Assembly (NCBI GenBank): GCA_002633005.1
Contig: NMRA01000253.1
Location: 507,251-571,250 of the forward strand
Reading direction: 5' to 3'
Length of the DNA stretch: 64,000 nucleotides
From: Phoronis australis
Lineage: Eukaryota > Animalia > Phoronida
The notes below the pieces were generated by a model. That model saw only the letters and a program-made list of their open reading frames with translations. It was not told where the DNA came from and ran no database searches. Both the position numbers and the translations under genes were made by a program. Positions 39,801 through 51,800 of the stretch are shown one piece after another (the stretch's first letter is position 1; each line of letters opens with the position of its first letter).

Positions 39801-42800
39801 AAAGTGTTGGAAATAACAGTTTCATCAAGCGCACTACGTGTGAAGGGGGGAATTCTACTAAAAGTTGCATTGGATGTGCATGTGAGTACTTACGATCTGT
39901 TTGCCCGGGTAACGCTGAGTTAGAAAGGTCGCCAGGCTGCAATTAAAATGAATAATTGTACGATTTAACTTCCGTACCATTCCGAAGACATTTCTGGGAA
40001 CAAAGAACCCTACTGAAAGTAATTTCTGTTGCGTATTAGAAGGTCGGACACTATTGCTGTTACAACCAGTTTTGCGATATTTGTTGGATAAGAAAAACTT
40101 TTTGACGTTATTAGGTTTGACATTATTTTAGTAAGTTTATTACAAATCTTCAATCCTCGTCGATGTCTGCCATCTAAAATCTAGCAGAGACTAACAATTA
40201 AATGCGCGTTAAGGGACCGCCACATCTTTCTTAAAGTAGTAGGAGCGCGGAACTGAACTCACCAGCTCAGTGCTGGGAAGTAAAATGGTAAAGACACTGG
40301 CCTTAATTTAGGTGGAAGTCTGGCTATTTGTTGTGAAATAACCAAAATATAACGGATTTCGGTGTCTTAAAACTTCAATCAAAGCTAATAACTCCAAGAA
40401 ATCCATGCCGTCCAACAATAGTCCCAAAATGGGTTTTCAGCCATTATCCAGACAATGTCCCTTTAAATTACCCTGTCGTTTATCAAGAGGAGTACGGAGC
40501 GTTTGACTACAAACGCTAGGGTTCCAGGTTCGGTTCCACGCTGGTTCTAATCTCATGACTTGATTTTCCTCGCCAATGACATCACTTTGATCACTAATTA
40601 CCAAAATTATTCCTCAGCCATACTGTATTCAGACACTCTCCGTGAATTATACTGGGGTTAAAGTACGAGTTCGTGTTGAACTTCACGATTGCTCAAGCAA
40701 TCTCAGGATTAAGCACGCGGTCGTGTTTGTGGGTAGTTTTATGCTACGTGTGGAAACTGCGAATAACATTTGCTCGACTTTGAGTCACATCAAATGGAAA
40801 AATGTTGATTCTCTGGTGGACTTTGTCCTCAGTCGCGGGTAGGAGCCTAGAAATATGCACAAATTTGACCGTCTTCGGAACATCATGTCTTGTATTCGCA
40901 CATTTCATTTTGAACATTTATATCGAAAGAAATTTGGTCAAGTTATTGATACCGCTGTTTTGCTATTAATGCATCTCTCTTTCGCTGCAGTTTGCTGAGA
41001 ATTTAATCATGGTCCAGTGACTCAATTAAAAAAGATTGATAAAAATCAAACTTCAGTGGACGGGCCTTCTGCATAAATAATTACTTTTACTGTGTTTCTT
41101 TTGATATTTGGTTAAATACACAGACGGGTCTTTGTGGTCCTACCATAGATATTAGTCTATGGTCCTACCATGGATATTAGTCTATGGTCCTACCATAGAT
41201 ATTAGTCTATGGTCCTACCATAGATATTAGTCTATGGTCCTACATAACCTTAAAATCTTAACTGTTTGCAAGCGGCCACTTGAAATTTATCAGGAATACT
41301 AGTCACCCTGCAGATGCAGACGCGCTTTGAATAAAATATTGGGACGTCGACACCTTTCACCTGATTTCTATTATCTGGGATTTTTGATAATCTGAATGTA
41401 CGCTGCCTCTTAGTTCATCATACTGCTTGCTAATGATGGCTTTCGGTGAAACTAATTTTTTGGAATTTTAGTTTTTGTTTCTAAGAAGCCGGGTGCACTT
41501 CCGAAAGTGATTGGTATCAGTTAATTGTCAAAATCCTGCTTAAGTGTCATTTTATTTTCACTGAGCACTAAATAAATTCATCAATGATAAGCGAGTCATA
41601 CGTTCAAGGTATACATTTACACAACCTAGTTAGATAACCGGGTAAATTTCGCAATCCAGAAAGATTTTCTATCTTCAGATTACGGAAAAGCTGCACGATC
41701 AGAATGTTTTTCATTTTGTTCGCGTTGTTTTCATGCGCGTTTGGCTTCTGTCATTCCGATGGTCGCACATACTGCTTACCGACAGCACCCTGTTGGCCTT
41801 CGCAAACGGCAATCAATCAACTGGCAGCAACATTAACGGGGGACTTGGTGCAGCCTGTCGACCCTAAAGATGATGGGAAATTCACGCCCGGGACCTCCTA
41901 CTACTGGGCAACCATGGGATTGTTGAAGAATCGCAGATTTTTGACAAAGCCTGGCATCATTGTTGTGGTCGCCAATGACAACGACGTCAAAGACTGCATT
42001 AGTTTTGCACGGCAGTACAACATCAAACTGGCCGTCATTTCGTCTGGACATGATTATATTGGAAGGTCTGTATAGCTTCCGTAAACTAACATTTCAAGTG
42101 TTCGCTTGGACCAATATTCACTTCATTTCGAAATATCAGTACGAAAGTCTGGATTCTGCAAAGGATTGTTTACGTTTGACATGGGGTGTTGAAGCAAGCA
42201 TCAAATAGCGCAAAAATAGCACAGCTAACACCTATAATAAGTTAGAATATGCTTTGCATCTGAATAAATAATTTACTGTAAATAAATGGAAATTCTTGTC
42301 AATAGAACACAATAGGTATACGGAATCAGTTGCGTCGTTGATGCCATAATAGTGTCTTTGTTTTAACAGGAACACAGCATACGGAAGCCTGCAAATTAAC
42401 CTCTACAATCTGCGCGGTGTCAGTGTCAACGTCAGGGAGACACAGTACTCGGACGGAGGAACAGCGGTTCTTGGCGTTGGAAACAACTTAGCTAAAGTTT
42501 ATGAAGAGGTAAAGCCGTCACCATGGAACAATTACACAGCATCGGCGTTGTTTAGCGCTGCTCTTTTATGTTATCAGTGATGTAATACTTTAATTTGATA
42601 TTTAATTCATTTTGTTCTGTGTGTTAGATATTCGTCATAGTGATATTTAAGTAATTTGGCTTAACCGTTATTTGAGCAGATATTTTACAGAATTGTCGAG
42701 CACTAATTTGCCACTAAATACGCCTTACTTTTTAGTTTGTGAAAGATAAGTAGGGTTATATCTCGGCGTGCTGTAAGCTTACGTAAATATGGGACTCCGT

Positions 42801-45800
42801 ACTGAACCGATGCATATTTGCTGTTACCTCTCATGTTTGATTGCAAGACTTCTCTTTCATTAAGGTTAACTCAAGATTATGAGATGTTTGTTTTAGTCTT
42901 TAGGGTTTACGGAATTCTGTCTGAAAACTGACTGTGATAATTACAAGAGATCCCCGTTACTGCACGAAGTTGCAAAAGAACCTTTACAGACCATGTCCGA
43001 ACTGCTAAAATGAACCTCACGTCGAGACTTTTGGTTTGTTCTTGGGTTTAGAAAGGAAAAATAAAAACCCATTCGCTCTCTAGACACGCGAAGGCATTTG
43101 TATCAGTTTTTAAAGTGGTTGTTTGTAGACTTGACAAATGGGGTCGCAAAAGAAAGAAACACGAGTCAGGTCAAGGTGTGCATCATTTTGAATAAAAAAG
43201 AATCAGAACGCACATGCGCTAAATAAGTCAAACGGAAGTTGTAAACTTCGAACTCGAAATCAAGTGAGCGAGGAAGTAGTGTGGCCTAGAGTATGAATGT
43301 CTGCCTTCAAAAAGGGATTGAAACCAAAGACTGGTAAAGCAGGAAATAACGGATAGGTTGAGGACAATGGTTTTCATTATAAATTATTACACCAGTGGCG
43401 ATAAAATCCTTCCATATAATTCTACGAGCTTATGTTTTCAGTTGTCGACTGTACACAATCGTGTAGTAGTGGGTGGAGCTTCCCCTAAAGTAAGTTTTGG
43501 TGGATACACTCTCGGTGGCGGCCACAGTCCGATTACACGTATGAAAGGACTAGCTGTGGACAATGTCATCCAGTTGAATCTAATCACAGCAAACGGTTCT
43601 ACCGCGTTAGTCGACAAAGGCGGGTACAGTTTGACCGATTCTGAAGGCGTAACAACGTATCATCAAGACCCGGACTTGTTCTGGGCACTGCGAGGTGGCG
43701 GTAAGTAAATATCTGACAGTGCAGGTCTTTTACAGGTAACTGCCAAACCAGGATTGATGTCTTGGTGTTACTTGTCGTGAACACCAAGAATGGGTGTTTC
43801 AAACGTTAGCTGCATCTTTGATGACGTCTTTCTGAATGCACCCAATATATTACTGTGTAAGACAACCTTGTGATCTGCATATTTTTAAGTGCAATCTAGA
43901 TGTATGTTTACACCGTGTTCTATTCAAGGCGGTGGTACATTTGGCATCGTCACATGGATCAAATACAAGCTTCATCTTCCTCCGGACCAATTTCAGTCGC
44001 TGAGTTGTGTTTGGGGGTTTGGGTTAAACCAACAGGATGCGACACCAGCTAAAGAGTTCTTAAAATTTTATGGAAAGTTTCTGCAAACATTTCCAAGAAG
44101 CTGGGGAGGTTACTTGTTGGTTGCTCCTCCCATACCACGTAAGTTACCATTTCTTTTTCACTATAACGCCACGGTATTTCCTTGTCCCTCCCTCCTTCCC
44201 TCCCCCTTCTCTCTCTCTCTCTCTCTCTCTCNCAGAGGTCAAGGTTGCCACAACTGCCAATATGGTATGTCTAGCTAGCAAGCGGAATAATTGAATCGAC
44301 CATTACACTCGGTTATTCTTCGTTTTAGCAAGTGCACTGGTCTTGTGACATCGTTTTTACAGTATACAACATCCCATATGGCTGGATAACACTTTCCCTA
44401 GTACACTGGGGAGACTACGCAGAGGCAATAGAATCATCCAAAGACCTCTTCAGCTGGCACCCCGAGTGGGCTCGTCCAGAGGGCTGCCAGATATCCAATC
44501 ACTCGTCTTTTTGGGACTACATCCACTTGAATAATGACACGGTATACGAAAGACAATACATCTTTAGTGCAAGTGTTCAGCCAGAGACATGGGCCACAAA
44601 TTTCACTGATGACTTGGTGGATTCAATGATGTCTCTGGCTTCAAAGCTGATTTTTGTGGCGGGGACTGCGACACATGTAGGCGGTAAGTGTCGACCTGTG
44701 CATTCCTCTGCTTTTTTATTGCTGGCAGACACACATTAAGTGACTGAAGGTTCTAACCTATTGATGACCGTCAGTCCGAACTGATTACCATACCATTTCT
44801 AACCTAACACTCTTTTTCCATAAAATGCGAGAAATATGATGCTTTCTAACATGTGGTATAAAAGTTGCCATGTCGCTTCATCATTGCAGGTCGAGCCAAG
44901 GAGTTCCCTGGTAATTCATCATCTGTTGTATCCGGTTTCCGGTCCGCAGACCTCGCACTGACAATGGGGGTGGGACTGTCCCAACCAATGCCAGCAACAG
45001 ATCCATACATCATGAACCAATCAAAAGAAGTTTCGTCAGTGGTAAGTCATAAAACAAGTTGATTTGAGATTCACAACTACGGTAAAATGTGGAAATATTC
45101 GAAAGCAACGTTTCTAAGTTTTGGTCACATATCATGCGATAGTCGATCCGTTCTTTAGATGGCGTTCCATCAAGATGCCTTACGTGATCGGCCAATTTTT
45201 TATTGGACCATTAGCCCCTATTGGTGATTTTGGACGCAATATTAGCAAATCGCAAGACGAAAAATATCTTTAAAAACGGAGTAAAGACTCAGGTAGTGAG
45301 GGGAACGTTAGAGAAAAACATGAACGGCGATGTCAGGAACATTATAAAAATAATTTATTCTGCAGCAACTGTTAAGGGATTGATTGTCACGGACGAAAAA
45401 TAGTTTACACTCAAAAAGGTGAGAAATTTTTAGTAATTCAAGTAATACGGAAAAAGTACATTCCAGTTTCTCGTCTTTATCACGAGTCGTCAATATCTAG
45501 TGAAGTGTATGGTGTTGTAAGTATTTCTTGAACTGTGAAATGGGCAGTGTTACAGAAACAGCAAGACAAAATGACGTGCATCTAAAATATCTCCATGAGC
45601 CCCTGTTGCCCAATTGCCGACAGGAGATGTATTTCTCAATAAACCCCAAATGTAGCATCTGCGCCCACCAGTAAAAAACAAACACACGTGCAAAGTGGAC
45701 ATTTTGCGACATAACACGGCGCCATTTTTCTATCCCTTTATTTTCCCTTGCTTCTCTTCAACAGCGGGAAATTTTATTATTTTCCGAAAAATCATTTTCG

Positions 45801-48800
45801 TAAGATACGTAATTTAATTGGAAACAGTAAAAATAAATTGAAAAGCCTTCGTGATTGGTGTATTAAGCACTTGACATAGATGCAAGGTAATATTCGAGAA
45901 TATTACATGTACGCTCAACAGGGCACCGAGGAACATTTCTATCGGTGAAGCTGCAGTCCCCAGTTTGCAGTTCACATTTTTTGTTACTCGAATAAATCCG
46001 CATTTTTCTGCAATATTGAACATTCATTCGTTATCATCCGGGCGTTTTGATGCAGGAAATAGAAGCTTTCAACACGACACCAGTCGTACAATTCACGAAG
46101 GTGTAAACATGATGTATAAATAAGTTAGCCGAAGAACCGTCACTTTTCTAAAAGTCAGTCCTTCGGACAGTGAGTCTTTAGGAGAGAGAAAAGCAACACG
46201 TCGGTAGACAATCAACAAGACGGTATAGGTGACAGCAGGAAGTATCGAGACTTGTCTTGGTCACCAGTTTGATTACGTTAACTAACAGCAAGGCTACAGC
46301 AGACACCGCCGGCGCATGTTTTTGAAATTGATATTGGGCAGTTGTTGCACTAAGTGCCTCTATACAAGGGTGCGCGTCATTCTGAACTTACGAGAGTACT
46401 CTGAAGAAGATTGAAAAAGACTGTCTTTTGTTCAACAGCAGTTGTATTAAATTATTAGTGAGCAATTGTTGGCACTCTGCCGCTTTGATACCCAAAATAT
46501 GCACTCACCTCTTCAGGGATTCATAACGAACATGTGACCACGTTTGGCTTAAAGCAACAGTTGCCTTTCTTAGAAAGAACACAGCTCAAAAATTGTACAC
46601 GGTGCTGCCCAGTAGTATGGAAAACTACACAAGTCGTGCTCATTTTGTTTTTGAAGATCTGTTAACAAAAAGCGTTTATTTAATCAAAACATTAAGTTAT
46701 GTACAAACCTCTACCAAAAGAAGTCCCACTTAGAAATGGAAATTTAAGAAAACATAGGAACCGTCGAAATATCTCCAAAAAGACGGAATAATGGGAAGGT
46801 GAGGTAGGAATAGTAGATATAGCACCGCATAAATGACCGTTTCACGGTTCGTGATTTGTGGAAGATCCGTTCTCCGTAGAGGCGAGAATCCCTTAAAAAC
46901 ACAATAACGCGTAAAACTTCCGCGGGATTTCGCCATGTATTACAACATTGTTAGCGAGATTCTTGCTTCAACCGAAGTTGCCGTTGTCTGGAAACGTAGA
47001 TGTGCTTTCTGTTTTCATTGGTTGGTTTCATTTGGATGTAAAGTGACGTATCCGTCTTTGTTTAAAAGCGTAGATAAGTTCCCAGGTTACCTAGTTTGTC
47101 CAAACTGTCGGTTTTACACCTTTATACGATTTTATCGTTTGTGTCGTACTCGTTTGTGTGAAATTTTGGTTAAATAAATTAAATAAAACGTGACGTGAAG
47201 TTTAACGTTGGTCGACGGCAAAAATACACTCTACACCACATGCTGCTCCAATAGTGTGTCAAATTGACAAACTCATAGCGGATGACGCCACGGAGTACTG
47301 AAATATAAGTCCAATTTCTGTGCGAAAACTAGCTAATGGTACTGGACGGGCATTGGGGCAACTTATTATATTGCACGATGTAGATAATGAAGCCACGCTT
47401 TATTTTCATCTATAATTTTATAGATGTACAAATACATCAACAGCGGCTACTACAACGAACCAGACAGTGAGAAGCCGGACTGGAAGACGTTTTACTGGGG
47501 AGACAAGTATCCCGCGCTCCTTCGTGTGAAACAGAAATGGGATCCTGATAACACGTTCACCTGTCTACATTGCGTGGGCTCTGACCTTGTCTGAAACTGA
47601 CTGTTATGAATTGTGGCTGGAAACAGAACCATTAGATCATATATTGGTTACTGTCGCTTTCTATCCCAATCAGGAAAAACGGATGCAATTTCAAACATAA
47701 CAGTTGCAGTTTTTTTTTGGTCAAACGGCGCCCATGTCCTAGCTGAGAATAACTCACTTCAGCAAATTTATTACATGTGAAGAATGATGCCTTACATAAA
47801 CAAGAGCAACGCGGGCCTTTGAAATGCTCCCACGAATGCACCGCAAACGGTGTGCTTCTTGGGATGTTTATTTGCATCATAAAAATGGCAACTAGATGGT
47901 CAAAATACTTTGAATCCATGCCAAAACGCGAAAATGTCACCGTATTATTAACAAAAAGCTATTTACCACATTTCATGAAAATCTGTCAAGAAAATACAGA
48001 GAAACAGAGGAAAATAGAAAAAAAATAAATTGCCACTAAAAGGCACAGCGTTCATCGGATGCGTCTGAAAGTTGTAGGCTTCCGTTGTCAACTTCACATA
48101 AATATAGTTGCTTAACTTAATAAAAATCCTGTAGAGGGCTTATAGTCTCGACGCATTTCTGGGAAATGTGCATGTTAGAGGCATTTTTATTAAAAGTGAA
48201 GAACCTATCTTTTTAGCATAATTATGGTGTGCTGATTTCAATTATGCTTGTTCCCAAGCTGGGTTTTGAGTTTTTGACCATCTAATTTCCATAAACAAAA
48301 TGGCCGCCAAACCAACAAGATGAGAAACATTCGTGGGACCAGGAGTACAATATGTGACGAATAATTAGGAAATTTGTGCTACAAAAACATAGTATATGTG
48401 TGTTTAGAGCACTTAATTTTGAGAACATATTAATGGACGTCATTAAATTCCCCAAGTATGCTAATTAGCTTCTGCCATTACCGAAAAATTCAAATATCGG
48501 TGTAACTTTATCAATTTGCAGGCAAACATGACAAATAAAGTGTCTATACCTATGTTTTGAAGGTCTAGAAAAATCATTATGTGAAGCTTTTATTTCATCT
48601 TCACTAAGTTACAATTTATGCTCATTAATAAAGCCTGAAAATTAAATTAGAAATCATAATTATCAATGCTTTTTTGCGAACATCTCACTATTTAGATTAG
48701 ACATAAAAGTATTGTAAGCATAACAACATGACTTTTAGCTACTGTTGTAAAGAAATGCATGGCCATATCGTCCCATTTTGGACAGGAACATACTGTTTTC

Positions 48801-51800
48801 AAAGTCGACCAAGCACTCTGCTGCAGATTAATGGAGCTTACGTGGTCGGTCCCAGAATACCAAAATATAGTAATACAGTACATCGTTTAGTGGTTCTTCA
48901 AGTATCAATGAACTTCATCAAGGCCATAGAAGATGACATGAGTGATTCCGGAATAGCTGAGGTGTGTATAGAGAGTGCAGTACTTGGTCACGACCTATGG
49001 AACTGGTCCTCAGTGGAAAGTCGTACATCAAAGTTACAGCATGAGGGCACACAAAGTGTCTTTGCAAGCTCTGTGGCAATCCCTGGTGCCAAGCCTTCTC
49101 TCGTTCTTTGCAGAAGCGACTGTCATGCTTGTATTTCCAGTATGTCTGCAGATAATGATCCATAGAAAATTCCGGAATTGATAACATTTCTCAGTCAGGA
49201 TAAGTTCTGGGCATTTTGTCAACAGTAGGTCTGATGATGTGAATTTCAGCTTCTGGTGGAGTTACATGGACATGGTTCCAATATCGTTGAAGTACACATG
49301 CTTTCAACGGGATGGCATTTGGGAACTGCATCTCTATTCATTTACTCTCATGCTGCCCTACCGAATTATGCCCGAGTGGGGTGCGGTCTTTTTAGTCGAG
49401 ATGCATCAGCTTCCACAGTCTGTTTGGTCAGAGGTTCAAGCAGGAAATTTTGTAGTCAAGCGATCTTCTCATATGCTCTGTCAGGTAGATTCTGACCAAT
49501 GGGTAAATGGGGCAGGCAAAACGGAGGTGGCATCATCGGTAATACCAAAACCACGTCAGCTCTATGGAGGTGGACACTCTCATTACATCTGACATGTCAT
49601 ATAGCTGAACAAACTTACCGCTGTGGGAGTACATAGTTTCTCAATGAAGCCACGAAAGCCAGGAAACTGTGTGAAAATAATGTCGAGAGTTCCCTTCTTT
49701 GCACTTTCCATGGATTGAAGGTCTTCTCGTCCGCAAGGCCTTAGCTGCTACAAACCCTTGCAACAAAAGACCTAGCAACAGCACCAATCCAAGAGTCACT
49801 TTTGCACACCAAGGAACTTGGACACGAACAAATTAAGAAATTTGTTCAAGACAGATTATCATTGAGCAATGCGAAAATTGAGACATGTCAATTCTTGCAC
49901 CTATGCGCAAAAATAATGCCCCCAACATTTGCCAACTTATATGATGTGGTGAAACAAACCAAAGATAAAGATAAAGATAAGAAAATGGATCTTAAGGCAG
50001 ACAGGGATGTACTTCGCTGTCTAGCTACGGCTCATGAGGCAGGTCGGCCAGTTGATTTGCTGTCTGTGCTCAAAAGCGAGCTTCTTCCAGTCCATGTTGT
50101 CTTGCAGAAACGATAGCGAAGCATTGCTGGTAGCTCTTGGGAAGCCTGATGGTGATGTGACCTTCGAAAATTTGGCTGATTCATTCATGAAAACAGTGCT
50201 TAACACAGGATTTCGATATCATAAAATTGATATTGTATTTGACAGATACAGACAAGAAACAATGAAGGACACAACAAGAAAACAGCGCAGTAAAGGAACA
50301 CGGCAAATCAGGTGATTTCTGGAAGGCCGCGATGTACCTCTTCCTCAAAACTGGTCAAATTTTCGGACACTGGCTGAGAATAAAGCAAACCTAGCACATT
50401 TCTTTTCAGAGGAACTGTGTTTGTAGACACCTGAAGACAAAAAGGTTATGGTTGCAGGAGGGTTTAAAGATGAGCTGAAAGTCATTTAAATCATCTAAGG
50501 ATATGACTGATTTGAGGACTCTGAAATTCACACATGAAGAAGCATATGCAAGATTGACACTGCATGCTGTCCACAGTCAGTCGTGTTTTCCAGACACACC
50601 CGATGTTCTACTGCTTCTGGTATCGCACTTTCAACAAATGCAATATGAGCATATCTGACTTATGTCATATATACCTATTGAACCACCTTTCAACAAATTA
50701 CTACGAGACTCACCAACATCCTTGTTTGCTTTTCATGCCGCGACCGGGCTTGGAACCAACTCTTACTTTGCCAATCACATGAAAAAATCATCATGGAAGG
50801 TGATCCTAGAGCATCATAGATTGCTTAAGAACCTCAGTCTGCATTGGTGAACTCACTGAGAAAATTACGACGGCTTCAGAAGTATTTGTCTGTAGAATAT
50901 ACACGACCAGAACAGACCTGTAGATGTAGCACGCCATTTACTATTCTCCAAGCCCGTGAACCCAGAAGTCCTTCCCCCAACGCATAATGCGCCCCGTTTC
51001 CATCTGATGAGAGTGCACTATCAGGTCAAGGTATCGCAAAATGATCATTGTCCCATACCTGAGCTCCCAGCACCCTCTGATATGGGAGGGACACACACAA
51101 ACTTATGCTTGCAGCCCATGCTGATAACACAGAGTAAAATCCCAGACAGCTGCCTAGAGATGGTATTGTGTGCATGCCAGAAACAACGCAACAGTAGACA
51201 ATGCAGATGCAAGAAATTTGGATTTCGATGCATATCATTATGCAGCACATTCATGATCAGATTCCTTGTATGCAAACTGTTTGATTTGCCTGGCTTCAAG
51301 CATGTTAAAAAGTACCAAAAAGTGAACGCTAAAATTGTGTTCAACAGGCCTGAAAACAATTCATGCAACAGGGAATCTAATGTATTCAATAACAATAACT
51401 AAATCGTTTTTTATGAATATAAGATAACGGGATAGTGTGAACATTTGTCCTTATATTCCGTCAAAATAGTGTCACCTTGCTTAACGAGCATCGCAGATTA
51501 ACGACTATTTTTTCCACATTCTGTAAGTATATACATCTACAACCCAAAAGATATGAAGTAAATTACTCCAAAAATGCTTTTAGCATGTTTGTTGACCATG
51601 AACATATATTATTAACACCTCATTTTTCAAGTTAGCCTGCAGGAGCACAAACTTAAGACGCAAATTAAATTGTATGGTAATGGCGGCACCTAATCTTCAT
51701 AATAAGTTTTTAGAGTTGCATTTTTTAGTTTTCATAAGTGATCTATTGCTCAAGAAGTATTTATAAGAAGTGTACAGGTGAGAAATTTCGCCATTTTAAC

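Noticed and set aside
40263-40272. 10-nt minus-strand micro-exon (ttcccag|CACTGAGCTG|gtgagt) in the astacin
   Set aside because: It would shift the frame between two phase-0 boundaries; the longer in-frame version has no ATG and a poor acceptor.
40308-40406. Nearby ATG (MDFLELLALIEV...) as the astacin start
   Set aside because: It reaches a stop before any strong donor and is not a convincing signal peptide.
40480-40550. tRNA gene
   Set aside because: Only a B-box-like GGTTCGGTTCC and one stem; no full cloverleaf. At most a SINE head.
41135-41243. Palindromic repeat with spacers as a CRISPR-like array
   Set aside because: The spacers are identical 7-mers, so this is a tandem repeat.
48728-51402. 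Cluster of plus-strand ORFs as a multi-gene operon
   Set aside because: They are frameshifted pieces of one decayed Academ ORF lying between TIRs.
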